DNA of 60,824 nt, counting the filler, from Desulfonatronovibrionaceae bacterium (GTDB lineage Bacteria; Desulfobacterota; Desulfovibrionia; Desulfovibrionales; Desulfonatronovibrionaceae), in assembly GCA_046539845.1 (NCBI GenBank). It is 2 parts of 2 records of this genome, joined end to end, with 100 filler letters (N's around TTAATTAATTAA, not from the genome) between each part and the next. Parts side by side here need not be neighbours in the genome. Positions count along the whole stretch, not along the records: positions 1 to 30,687 come from JBKHGE010000026.1; 1 more part is not named here. One strand, given 5' to 3'. Made by a program: the position numbers and the translations under genes. Numbering within the stretch: position 1 is the stretch's first letter; each line of letters starts with the position of its first letter. Below are positions 19,761-28,872 of the stretch, in pieces. The notes beneath the pieces were generated by a model. The model did not search any database and had not been told where the DNA came from. It worked only from the letters and a program-made list of their open reading frames with translations.

Positions 19761-21131
19761 ATGGTCAACCAAACTAAGGCCATAACCCTGACCGCGCCTG
19801 GCTCCAAATCGGTATCGCACCGGCTTTTGATCTGCGCCGCTTTGGCTGACCGCACCAGCCGGTTACAAAACCTGCTGGACAGCGAGGACATCCACTGCAC
19901 TGCGGACTGCTTGCGCCAGCTGGGGGCGATTACCTCTGGAAACCCGGGAGACAAAGCAATGCGGGTAACCGGGATAGCCGGCCGGGTGCACAATACAGGG
20001 GAAAGCCCGGTGGAGCTGGATGTGCGCGAATCCGGGACCACCTGCCGCCTTTTGGCCGCTGTTGTTTCCGCCGGGCAGGGCCTCTTTTCTATCCGCGGCA
20101 GGGGCAGGATGCACCAGCGCCCTCTTTACGATCTGGCCCGGGCGGTGGAGAATCAGGGAACCGATTTCAAATGGCTGGAAAAGCACGGCTGCCCTCCGGT
20201 GCATATCCTCGGCCGGGGCTTTAGCGGCGGGGAGATAGAGATCAGCATGGACAAGAGCAGTCAATTTCTGTCCGGCCTGCTCCTTGCCGCTCCAATGGCC
20301 GCCTTGCCGCTCAAAATCCATGTCTGCGGGAGAAAAGCGGTCTCCTGGCCGTACGTGGGCCTTACCCTGCAGGCCATGCACAAATTCGGGGCCCGGGTCG
20401 AGGTGTACAGCCAGGACAGACTGATCGCCGCTTTGGGTGAGACCAGCGGTCTAAAGGAAATAGTCCCCGGCGAAACCAGCTTTTATGTCCGGCCTGGCCC
20501 GTATGTGGCCAATGAAGTGTTTGTCGAAGGCGACTATAGCAGTGCCTCCTATCTCTTGGCCGCAGGCGCTCTCGGGAAATCCGCCGTGGAGGTCAACGGA
20601 CTGGACCCGGATTCTACACAGGGAGACCGGGTCATAGTCGACATTCTGCACAAAATGGGGGCCAATATAAAACGCACAGCCCACGGCTACCTCTCCATGC
20701 CCTCCGAACTGCACGGCACGGATATAGACATGGGGCACTGCCCGGATCTGGTACCCACTGTGGCCGCAGCTGCCTGCTGGGCCTCCGGAGAAACCAGAAT
20801 AACAAACGTCGCTCATCTGCGGCTCAAGGAGAGCGACCGTCTAGCCGCACTGGAGAGCGAACTCAACCGGGCCGGATTCGCGGTCCGGGCCCAGGAAAAC
20901 GGGCTGCTTATAGGAGGCAGGACCGCATCCAGGAAAAAGACCGAATTTCGGACCCACGGCGACCATCGCATGGCCATGTCCCTGTCTCTTTTGGAACTTT
21001 TGGGCTTTCAAGTCGCCCTGGACAACCCCAGTTGCGTGGATAAATCCTATCCCGGATTCTGGGAGGATTTGCAAAGGATCAAAGAAGCCAACGGCCTGCA
21101 GTCTGTAGGTTCGGGAAACAAAACAAGCTAA
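19761..21131 (+). CDS. aroA: 3-phosphoshikimate 1-carboxyvinyltransferase (EPSP synthase)
   Basis: PGSKSVSHR, ESGTTCR, SSQFLS, LRLKESDR, DHRMAM and KSYPGFW motifs. Confidence 0.96.
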   Translation: MVNQTKAITLTAPGSKSVSHRLLICAALADRTSRLQNLLDSEDIHCTADCLRQLGAITSGNPGDKAMRVTGIAGRVHNTGESPVELDVRESGTTCRLLAAVVSAGQGLFSIRGRGRMHQRPLYDLARAVENQGTDFKWLEKHGCPPVHILGRGFSGGEIEISMDKSSQFLSGLLLAAPMAALPLKIHVCGRKAVSWPYVGLTLQAMHKFGARVEVYSQDRLIAALGETSGLKEIVPGETSFYVRPGPYVANEVFVEGDYSSASYLLAAGALGKSAVEVNGLDPDSTQGDRVIVDILHKMGANIKRTAHGYLSMPSELHGTDIDMGHCPDLVPTVAAAACWASGETRITNVAHLRLKESDRLAALESELNRAGFAVRAQENGLLIGGRTASRKKTEFRTHGDHRMAMSLSLLELLGFQVALDNPSCVDKSYPGFWEDLQRIKEANGLQSVGSGNKTS

Positions 21132-21162
21132 AAAGCCAACAACAGTCTAGCGGCAAACCAAT

Positions 21163-21948
21163 ATGGACCAGGAAATAGAAAAAATCGCCCTGATTGGGGG
21201 GCGGGGGCGCATGGGACGCCTGTTCGCCGGCTTGTTTGCTGCGGCCGGCCTGGAGATCAAGACTTTTGACCGGCCCTTGGACAGCCACCGTCTACAAAAG
21301 GAGCTGCCGGATTGCCGGCTGGTGCTTATGTGCACTCCGGTACACGCCCTTCCGGACGCCCTGGCGGATATCGTCCCTGCCCTGGGAGCGCATAACATCC
21401 TGGCCGACATCTCCTCGGTCAAGGTCAAGCCCATGCAGCAGATGCGGGAGGCGTTCTCCGGCCCGATAGTTGGCACACACCCCCTTTTCGGACCCGATCC
21501 GGACGGCCAGACCCCGCTCAGATGCGCCATATGCCCGGACGCCTCGGCCTCTGCAGAGGACACGGCAGCCCTGGAAAAGTCCTTTACTGACGCGGGTATA
21601 ATCCCGTTCAGGAGCGAGGCGCACGAACACGACCGGGCCATGGCCTGTATCCAGGGCCTGAATTTCGTAACCTCTATCTGCTATTTCGCCTCTCTACCCG
21701 GCGATCTGGACCTCTCCAGCTTTGCCACTCCTTCTTTCAACCGCCGCTTCGAGTCGGCGCGCAAGATGCTTACCGAAGACAGCGAATTGTTCACCTCCCT
21801 TTTTGAGGCCAATCCGTACAGCGCGGAGAGTGTGCGCCGCTTCAAGTCCTTTTTGAATCTGGCCGCCGCCGGAGAGCTGAATCTCCTTTCGGACAAGGCC
21901 GCTTGGTGGTGGTGGAACAAGGATATACAGTCGGGAGAAGGACCTTGA
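21163..21948 (+). CDS. tyrA: prephenate/arogenate dehydrogenase with C-terminal WWWW run
   Basis: IGGRGRMG, DISSVK, GTHPLFGP and HDRAMACIQ motifs; ends ...KAAWWWWNKDIQSGEGP. Confidence 0.92.
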   Translation: MDQEIEKIALIGGRGRMGRLFAGLFAAAGLEIKTFDRPLDSHRLQKELPDCRLVLMCTPVHALPDALADIVPALGAHNILADISSVKVKPMQQMREAFSGPIVGTHPLFGPDPDGQTPLRCAICPDASASAEDTAALEKSFTDAGIIPFRSEAHEHDRAMACIQGLNFVTSICYFASLPGDLDLSSFATPSFNRRFESARKMLTEDSELFTSLFEANPYSAESVRRFKSFLNLAAAGELNLLSDKAAWWWWNKDIQSGEGP

Positions 21949-21997
21949 ACGGATAACAGCAAAAATCCGGTTTGCCAGCAAGGCCGCATTCTCCCGA
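21931..21997 (+). promoter_or_regulatory. antiterminator hairpin of the tyrA-trpE attenuator
   Basis: TCGGGAGAA (21931-39) pairs with TTCTCCCGA (21989-97); CCTTG (21943-47) pairs with CAAGG (21979-83); inner AACGGAT pairs with ATCC(G)GTT; mutually exclusive with the terminator. Confidence 0.8.
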
Positions 21998-22011
21998 ATG
22001 CGGCCTTTTTT
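21980..22011 (+). terminator. intrinsic terminator (attenuator) between tyrA and trpE
   Basis: 12-bp stem AAGGCCGCATTC-TCCC-GAATGCGGCCTT running into a T-tract. Confidence 0.9.
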
Positions 22012-22052
22012 ATCGCTGTAACATTGTCAAAAATACCCAAAACGGAGGTCAA

Positions 22053-23465
22053 ATGATCGAATTAAAACATTTTGTCCGCAACATTCCGGCCGATACCCAG
22101 ACCCCGGTCTCCTTGTATCTGAGCTTTATCGGAAACAAGAAAGGGCTCCTTCTGGAGAGCTCGGAAGTGGACGGGAGACTGGGGAGGTTCAGCATGCTGG
22201 CCTGGGACTTCCGCCTCACTCTGACCTGTGAACAGGGGCTTTTGCGAGTGGGCTTAAAAGACGAACGCCTGGCGGAGATCAAAGAAATAGACGGGCTGCC
22301 TTTTGTCCAGGGGGTACGCAGGGCAATGCAAGCCATAAATATCCACCCCCCGGAACAGGGGGCTGCCCCTCCGGCCATAACCCGCTCTTTGTGCGGCTAT
22401 TTCGGCTACACCGCAGCCGGACTGTTTGAGCCAGCCCTAAATGGTGTTCTTCCTCCGGAAGAGGCCGAGGCCCAGCTAGTTTTGCCCGGCCGGATCCTGC
22501 TCTATGACCACCTGCACAAGTCCTGCATCTATCTCACCCTGGACGAGGACGGCTTTTTGCCCCGGGGTGGGTGCTCAGCCGGCGGGAAAAGCACCGGCAC
22601 CGGAGAAGTCCATTCCTACCCGCCCAAAAAGGAGTTCAAAAGCCGGGTCCGGGAGGTAAAAAAGCAGATCGAGGAGGGCGAGGCCATCCAGGTGGTCCTT
22701 TCCACCCGGTTCACCGCCGCCTTCAAAGGCGACCCCTTCCAGGTCTACCGCAGGCTGCGGCAGATAAACCCCTCCCCGTACACCTTTTTCATGGACCTTC
22801 CCGGCCGCTGCCTGTTCGGCTCTTCCCCGGAGCTTCTGGTCAAGGCCGAGGACGGCCAGGCCATGCTCCGGCCCATTGCCGGGACCCGGCCCCGCTCCGA
22901 GGATCCGGAAAAGGACGAGGCCCTGGCCCGGGAATTGGCAGCAGACGAAAAGGAAAAGGCCGAGCATGTCATGCTGGTCGACCTGGGCCGCAACGATCTG
23001 GGCCGCATAGCCGCGCCTGGATCGGTCCGGGTGGACAAGTTCATGCAGATCGAACGCTTCTCGCATGTCATGCACATGACCTCCTATCTGCAGGCAGAGC
23101 TGAAAAAAGGCGTGGACTGCATGGACCTTGTGGCCGCCTCCTTCCCGGCCGGCACTGTCTCCGGGGCACCCAAAATACGGGCCATGGAGATCATCGCCGA
23201 AAAGGAGGACTTAAAGCGCGGCCCCTATGCCGGGTGCATCGGCTGGTTCGGCTTGGACCGGGATACGGTGCAGATGGACACCGGAATAACCATCCGCAGC
23301 CTGTGGGTGGAGGGGGACAAACTGCACTGGCAGGCCGGGGCCGGGATTGTCTTTGACTCCGATCCGGAAGCCGAATTTAGGGAATGCCAGAACAAGGCCG
23401 CGGTCATAAAAGCGGCCCTAATCGACAACGGAGGCACTGATGATTTTGCTCATAGACAATTATGA
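22053..23465 (+). CDS. trpE: anthranilate synthase component I
   Basis: LLESSE, NPSPY, SSPE, RPIAGT, EHVMLVDLGRND and FPAGTVSGAPKIRAM motifs; ATG at 22053 after GGAGG. Confidence 0.96.
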   Translation: MIELKHFVRNIPADTQTPVSLYLSFIGNKKGLLLESSEVDGRLGRFSMLAWDFRLTLTCEQGLLRVGLKDERLAEIKEIDGLPFVQGVRRAMQAINIHPPEQGAAPPAITRSLCGYFGYTAAGLFEPALNGVLPPEEAEAQLVLPGRILLYDHLHKSCIYLTLDEDGFLPRGGCSAGGKSTGTGEVHSYPPKKEFKSRVREVKKQIEEGEAIQVVLSTRFTAAFKGDPFQVYRRLRQINPSPYTFFMDLPGRCLFGSSPELLVKAEDGQAMLRPIAGTRPRSEDPEKDEALARELAADEKEKAEHVMLVDLGRNDLGRIAAPGSVRVDKFMQIERFSHVMHMTSYLQAELKKGVDCMDLVAASFPAGTVSGAPKIRAMEIIAEKEDLKRGPYAGCIGWFGLDRDTVQMDTGITIRSLWVEGDKLHWQAGAGIVFDSDPEAEFRECQNKAAVIKAALIDNGGTDDFAHRQL

Positions 23466-24033
23466 CTCGTTCACTTTCAACCTGGTTCAGGTTCTGCAGG
23501 TCCTAGGCCATCATCCACTTGTACTGCGCAATGACCAGCCGGAGCTGAGCGAAAGGATCACCGACCCGGAATTAAAGGCCCTCATCCTGTCCCCGGGGCC
23601 GGGCCGGCCGGAAAACGCGGGCATGTGCCTGGAGCTCTTAACCTGCCTGCCCGCGCAGATCCCGGTTCTGGGCGTGTGTCTAGGCCATCAGGCCCTGGCC
23701 TGCTACGCCGGCAGTAAGGTGAACACCGGAACCAGGATCATGCACGGCAAGACCTCTGAAGTGATGCACGACGGCAGCCCGCTATTTGCCGGGATCTCCA
23801 GCCCGTTTACCGCCTGTCGGTACCACTCCCTTCTGGCCGAGGATATCCCCGGAATAGAGGTCATCGCCAATACCGAAGAAGGGGAGATTATGGCCCTCAA
23901 ACTCCCGGACCGTCCCTGGTACGGAGTGCAATTCCACCCGGAATCCATCCTCACCCCAGACGGTCCCAGGATCATGGACAACTTCTTTGCCATGCACGGC
24001 ATAAAAAAGAACAAGGAGGAGTTATGCGCATAA
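23440..24033 (+). CDS. trpG: anthranilate synthase component II
   Basis: IDNYDSFTFNL, SPGPG, GVCLGHQ, RYHSL and QFHPES motifs. Confidence 0.96.
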   Translation: MILLIDNYDSFTFNLVQVLQVLGHHPLVLRNDQPELSERITDPELKALILSPGPGRPENAGMCLELLTCLPAQIPVLGVCLGHQALACYAGSKVNTGTRIMHGKTSEVMHDGSPLFAGISSPFTACRYHSLLAEDIPGIEVIANTEEGEIMALKLPDRPWYGVQFHPESILTPDGPRIMDNFFAMHGIKKNKEELCA

Positions 24034-25019
24034 ACGAAGTACTGCAGAAAATCGGCACCGGCACGGACCTGGAATACGCGGAAAGCAAGACCATGTTTGA
24101 ACGCTTCTTTGCCGGGGAACTCACCCCTTCTCAGTGCGGAGCACTCCTTATGGGGCTTACCGGCAAAGGGGAAACCGCGGACGAACTCAAGGCAGCCGTG
24201 GACTCCGCCCTGGACAATGCCCGGCTTATCCGGGGACTGGACGGAGTACGTATCGACACCTGTGGGACCGGTGGGGACGGGCAAAACAGTTTCAATTGCT
24301 CCACGGCAGTGGCCTTTTTTCTGGCCGACATGGGGTATAAGGTAGTCAAGCACGGCAACCGGGCGGTGTCCAGCACCTGCGGCAGTGCGGATATAATCCA
24401 GGCGCTTGATTTGCCCATTTTGAAGGATCCGGACGAGATCAAAGGATCTCTGGCCGCAACCAACTTCGCCTTCATCTTCGCCCCGCACTTCCATCCGGCC
24501 TTTGCCCGGGTCGCTCCTATCCGCCAGGAGTTGGGCATACGGACTATCTTTAATCTCATGGGGCCTTTGCTCAACCCGGCCCGGCCCACCCATCAGGTAC
24601 TGGGGGTACCCAAAGCGGGAATGGCCCCGCTCATGGCCGAAGTCCTGCGCCTAAGCGGATTGAAGGCAGCAGTGGTCCATGGCGCCGGAGGGTTTGACGA
24701 ACTTACTCCCTGCGGGGTGTCTGAAATCCATCTTGTAGATCGGGAAAGGACAAAAAAGCTCGATATTGATCCTGCCACCTTTGGGATGGACATCTGCCGC
24801 CCCAGGGATCTGGGCTGCTCGGACAAACAAACCGCTGTGGCCATGCAAAAGGAGGTTTTGGCCGGGAAAGGCCCAGGAGCGGTGCGGGATATGGTGGCCC
24901 TTAACCTGGGCCTGGCCCTGCATCTTCTAGACTTTGATGCCGGACTGGAAAATTGCATCCGCGAAGCGCGGAAAACCGTGGAAAATGGACTGCAAAATCC
25001 CATCCCCAGTGCGGCATGA
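24024..25019 (+). CDS. trpD: anthranilate phosphoribosyltransferase
   Basis: DTCGTGGDG, KHGNR, RTIFNLMGPLLNP and GFDE motifs. Confidence 0.96.
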   Translation: MRINEVLQKIGTGTDLEYAESKTMFERFFAGELTPSQCGALLMGLTGKGETADELKAAVDSALDNARLIRGLDGVRIDTCGTGGDGQNSFNCSTAVAFFLADMGYKVVKHGNRAVSSTCGSADIIQALDLPILKDPDEIKGSLAATNFAFIFAPHFHPAFARVAPIRQELGIRTIFNLMGPLLNPARPTHQVLGVPKAGMAPLMAEVLRLSGLKAAVVHGAGGFDELTPCGVSEIHLVDRERTKKLDIDPATFGMDICRPRDLGCSDKQTAVAMQKEVLAGKGPGAVRDMVALNLGLALHLLDFDAGLENCIREARKTVENGLQNPIPSAA

Positions 25020-25106
25020 TTTTTTAAAGACTATAAAGAGCATATCTCTGGGGCAGCCCAGACTAGAGAGTGAAGAAAACAAGCCAAAACATACGGAGAC
25101 GAACCG

Positions 25107-25877
25107 ATGCTGGAAATATTCAGGCGGATCAAGCTTGAAGAGATAAAAGACCTGAAGAGGATGAAAAGGCTGGGGTCTTTTCCCGCACCCTTCTGCGGCA
25201 CCCGGCCCGGCCTAAAGCCCAGGCTGAAGGGCGGAGCACCGGCGATAATTGCGGAGATAAAAAAGGCCTCTCCTTCGCACGGAGAGATAAAAACAGACCA
25301 GGACACCGGGGAATTGGCCGCTATTTACGCCCAAAACGGGGCGGAGGCCATTTCGGTCTTGACCGAGGAACACCTTTTCCACGGACATGTCCAGGACCTG
25401 AACCTAGCCGCTCCTCCCGGTCTGCCCTTGCTGCGCAAAGATTTTATCCTCGATCCTGTCCAAATGGAGCATACTGCCTCCACCCCGGCGTCCGCAGTAC
25501 TTTTAATAGTCCGGTTCATAGGCGAGCAGTCCAAACTGTGTGATCTGATCGGGATTGGTCAGGAATTAGGCCTGGAAATGGTTACAGAGGTATTCAGCGC
25601 CCAAGAATTGGACTGTGCCCGCCGGGCCGGGGCAGATATAGTCCAGGTCAACAACAGAAACCTGGACAATCTGGAGGTCGATCTAGACAACTCCCGCAGC
25701 CTGGTCAAAGAGAAAAAGGACCAAGAGATCTGGATAAGCGCCAGCGGCCTTGACACCCGCAAACAATGCCTGGAGATGCACTACCTGGGATTTGACGCCT
25801 GCCTGATCGGTACCTCGGTTATGCTGGCAAGCGACCCCGGGGAGAAACTCAACGAGCTCACCGGAGTCCGGAGATGA
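25107..25877 (+). CDS. trpC: indole-3-glycerol phosphate synthase
   Basis: IAEIKKASPSHG, ISVLTE, LRKDFI and VNNRNL motifs. Confidence 0.95.
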   Translation: MLEIFRRIKLEEIKDLKRMKRLGSFPAPFCGTRPGLKPRLKGGAPAIIAEIKKASPSHGEIKTDQDTGELAAIYAQNGAEAISVLTEEHLFHGHVQDLNLAAPPGLPLLRKDFILDPVQMEHTASTPASAVLLIVRFIGEQSKLCDLIGIGQELGLEMVTEVFSAQELDCARRAGADIVQVNNRNLDNLEVDLDNSRSLVKEKKDQEIWISASGLDTRKQCLEMHYLGFDACLIGTSVMLASDPGEKLNELTGVRR

Positions 25878-26503
25878 AGACCAGGGTCAAGATCTGCGGC
25901 ATTACCCGGGAGCAGGACTTACTTTTTTGTATACAGGCCGGTATCGACTTTGCCGGATTCATCTTTCACCCGGAGAGCAGGCGGTATATCCGGCCAGAAC
26001 AGGTCGGAGCACTCAAAGGGATGGAAGGCGGCCGGGTCGGAGTCTTTGTTCGCCACAGCCTGGAGGAGATAAAAGAGGCGGTTGATGCGGCGCGCCTGGA
26101 CTTCATCCAGCTGCACGGCGCCCAGGATACGGAGTTTTGCCGCGCCCTTCCCGCGGACAAGATAATCAAGGTGTTCTGGCCGGAAAAATATCCCAGCCCA
26201 GAGGAGCTGCAAAAAGACATGCGCCTTTTCGCCCCATTGTGCCGCTATTTGCTCCTTGACGCCGGACAGGGCGGCGGAGGGCACGGACGGAGGATCAAGA
26301 CCCCTTATCCTGAAGAACGCGATCTTTTGGGCAGAACCTTTATCGCCGGCGGCCTTGGCCCGGACAATATAAAACAGGTGTTGAACCAATCCCCTTTTGC
26401 GGTGGATATAAGTTCCGGAGTGGAAAAATCCCCGGGAATAAAGGACCAAACCCTGGTCCTTGAGCTGATAAGAAAGGTAAGGACCAAAAAGGGTTTGGAC
26501 TAG
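25874..26503 (+). CDS. trpF: phosphoribosylanthranilate isomerase
   Basis: [19 protein letters not shown] and VDISSGVE motifs. Confidence 0.95.
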   Translation: MKTRVKICGITREQDLLFCIQAGIDFAGFIFHPESRRYIRPEQVGALKGMEGGRVGVFVRHSLEEIKEAVDAARLDFIQLHGAQDTEFCRALPADKIIKVFWPEKYPSPEELQKDMRLFAPLCRYLLLDAGQGGGGHGRRIKTPYPEERDLLGRTFIAGGLGPDNIKQVLNQSPFAVDISSGVEKSPGIKDQTLVLELIRKVRTKKGLD

Positions 26504-26598
26504 ACACGGCAGTCGCCAGTGGCCTGGGTTTAGCTTGGCAACCAGACAGACTGTTTTTAGGTCTTTTTGGTCTTAACAGACAATCAAAAGGAGAAATA

Positions 26599-27765
26599 AT
26601 GATGCGCAAGGGATATTTCGGCAATTACGGCGGGCAGTTCGTGCCTGAGCTGCTCATGCCCCCGCTTTTGGAGCTGGAAGAGGCCATGGACAAACATCTT
26701 TCCAGCCCGGAGTTCACCAAAGATTTGGACATCTTACTCCGGGACTTTGTGGGCAGGCCCACTCCGCTTCGCTTCTGCAGACGGCTCTCTGAAGACCTAG
26801 GGTTTTCGCTGTGGCTCAAGCGCGAGGACTTGGCCCACACCGGGGCGCACAAAATAAACAACACCGTGGGTCAAGCCCTTCTTGCCAGATATATGGGCAA
26901 AAATACCCTCCTGGCTGAAACCGGGGCCGGGCAGCACGGAGTGGCCACGGCAACAGCCGCGGCCATGCTGGGCATGGACTGTTTGGTATATATGGGAGCC
27001 AAGGATATCGAGCGTCAGGCGCACAACGTCCGGCGTATGGAACTGTTGGGCGCACGGGTGGAGCCGGTAAAGACCGGGACTCAGACCCTAAAGGACGCTA
27101 TCAACGGAGCACTCCGGGACTGGATAGCCCGCCAGGAAAAATGCCACTATTGCATGGGCTCTGTGGTCGGCCCGCATCCCTTTCCCCTCCTGGTCCGCGA
27201 GATGCAAAGCGTGATCGGAACAGAAACAAAAAAACAAATTCTCGCCCAGGCCGGGTCAAAACCACACACCGTTATAGCCTGTGTGGGAGGCGGGTCGAAT
27301 GCGGCCGGGATGTTCTCGCCATTTGAGGCGGATACCGACGTACGCCTAATCGGAGTGGAGGCCGCAGGCAAGGGCGGGGAAAAGGATTACCATTCCGCCA
27401 CCTTGAACAAGGGCACTCCGGGTATTCTCCACGGCACATACTCTTTTTTGCTCCAGACGGACCAAGGCCAGATTCTGCCCTCGCATTCTGTGGCCCCGGG
27501 GCTGGATTATCCGGGTGTAGGACCGGAACACGCCTTTTTAAAAACCTCCAGGCGGGCCGAATACTTAAGCGTTACCGATAGCAAGGCCCTTGATGCCTTC
27601 TACCGCCTGACCAGGCAGGAAGGGATTATCCCGGCCCTGGAGAGTTCACACGCCCTGGCCTGCGCCCTGGATCTGCAAGGCAAGATGGACAAAGACGATC
27701 ATGTGGTGGTCAATCTCTCCGGCCGCGGGGACAAGGATCTGGGGATCGTCTTCAGTGACCGATAA
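26599..27765 (+). CDS. trpB: tryptophan synthase beta subunit
   Basis: [43 protein letters not shown] and NLSGRGDKD motifs. Confidence 0.97.
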   Translation: MMRKGYFGNYGGQFVPELLMPPLLELEEAMDKHLSSPEFTKDLDILLRDFVGRPTPLRFCRRLSEDLGFSLWLKREDLAHTGAHKINNTVGQALLARYMGKNTLLAETGAGQHGVATATAAAMLGMDCLVYMGAKDIERQAHNVRRMELLGARVEPVKTGTQTLKDAINGALRDWIARQEKCHYCMGSVVGPHPFPLLVREMQSVIGTETKKQILAQAGSKPHTVIACVGGGSNAAGMFSPFEADTDVRLIGVEAAGKGGEKDYHSATLNKGTPGILHGTYSFLLQTDQGQILPSHSVAPGLDYPGVGPEHAFLKTSRRAEYLSVTDSKALDAFYRLTRQEGIIPALESSHALACALDLQGKMDKDDHVVVNLSGRGDKDLGIVFSDR

Positions 27766-27827
27766 GCCGCGAACCAATTACTTTTCAAAGTTGTCCAACC
27801 CTGAAACCGACAGCAAGGAGATTATGT

Positions 27828-28601
27828 ATGAACGGCCATCAAGCCCTGCACCGGGCCATAAAAAAGGCAAATCAAAAAAAACGGCCCGCGCTCATCCCTT
27901 TCCTTCCGGCCGGATACCCGCAAAAGTCCCGGTTCTGGGATTTGATCCACGAGCTGGACTCCGGCGGCGCAGATATCATAGAGATAGGGGTTCCGTTCTC
28001 CGATCCGGTGGCCGACGGCCCGGTTGTTGAGGAGGCCTCGATTGCCTGCCTGGAGCAGGGCATAGACCTCGAATGGATACTGCAGGGGCTAACTGAGCAG
28101 GCTGAGTATCTGTCCGCACCAGTGGTACTCATGGGCTACAGCAATCCCTTTTACCAATACGGGCTCAAGGGACTGGCCCAAGACGCCGCCCAAGCCGGAG
28201 TTTCCGGATTCATCGTTCCCGACCTTCCCCTGGAGGAACTCCCTGCGTTTGAAGGGCTGCAAAGCAGTGCGGAGACCACGATTATCCCCCTGATCGGACT
28301 GAACACCACCGCCGGGCGGATGAAGGCCTACGCCGAGCTTGACCCGGCCTTTGTGTACACGGTCTCAGTCATGGGCACCACCGGGACAAAAGCCGGAGCG
28401 AGCAGCCGCTTAAAAAGCCAGCTCGCTTTGGCCCGGGAGATCTTTGACTGCCCTCTCGCCCTGGGCTTTGGCATTGAAAACAAAGACCAGATCCGCGATC
28501 TCGGAGTGGAGGTCCAGGCCGTGGTTTTTGGTAGCGCCCTTATCCGCCATATACGCCAGGGAAAATCAGTAAAAGAGTTTATGCGTGCCTGGACTGAATA
28601 A
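27828..28601 (+). CDS. trpA: tryptophan synthase alpha subunit
   Basis: EIGVPFSDPVADGPVV, VPDLP, GTTG and GFGI motifs. Confidence 0.96.
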   Translation: MNGHQALHRAIKKANQKKRPALIPFLPAGYPQKSRFWDLIHELDSGGADIIEIGVPFSDPVADGPVVEEASIACLEQGIDLEWILQGLTEQAEYLSAPVVLMGYSNPFYQYGLKGLAQDAAQAGVSGFIVPDLPLEELPAFEGLQSSAETTIIPLIGLNTTAGRMKAYAELDPAFVYTVSVMGTTGTKAGASSRLKSQLALAREIFDCPLALGFGIENKDQIRDLGVEVQAVVFGSALIRHIRQGKSVKEFMRAWTE

Positions 28602-28612
28602 CGGCTGCATTC

Positions 28613-28640
28613 GCCGGTCCTGCTATGCAGCAGGGCCGGC
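28613..28640 (+). terminator. hairpin after trpA (possible terminator)
   Basis: GCCGGTCCTGCT / AGCAGGGCCGGC stem just after the stop codon; no U-tract. Confidence 0.45.
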
Positions 28641-28686
28641 CCGGCCGATTGCCCGGCAGTCCTTGTCTATCGATACAAGGTAAAAC

Positions 28687-28741
28687 TACAATCTTGTAAA
28701 ATACAACCCTTTCAGCCGCAGCTTTGTTTTACGATTTTGTC
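28687..28741. promoter_or_regulatory. two putative enhancer (NtrC-like) sites upstream of glnA
   Basis: TACAATCTTGTA (28687-98) and TACGATTTTGTC (28730-41). Confidence 0.5.
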
Positions 28742-28817
28742 TAAAATCCCTTTCGCCAGCCGGCATTTTTCTGTCCTGCCTTATTCAAGTAACTGAGATT
28801 ATAAATTAACTAGGGCG

Positions 28818-28833
28818 TGGCATGCAAATTGAA
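28818..28833 (+). promoter_or_regulatory. sigma54-type promoter of glnA
   Basis: TGGCATGCAAATTGAA: canonical -24 TGGCA with a TTGA variant at -12 and correct spacing. Confidence 0.6.
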
Positions 28834-28872
28834 TTACTCTTGGAAAAACAACAAACCTTTCAGGAGGGAAAC

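Noticed and set aside
21972..22052. ORF-track N-terminal extension of trpE
   Set aside because: It runs through the terminator; the ATG at 22053 has a GGAGG RBS
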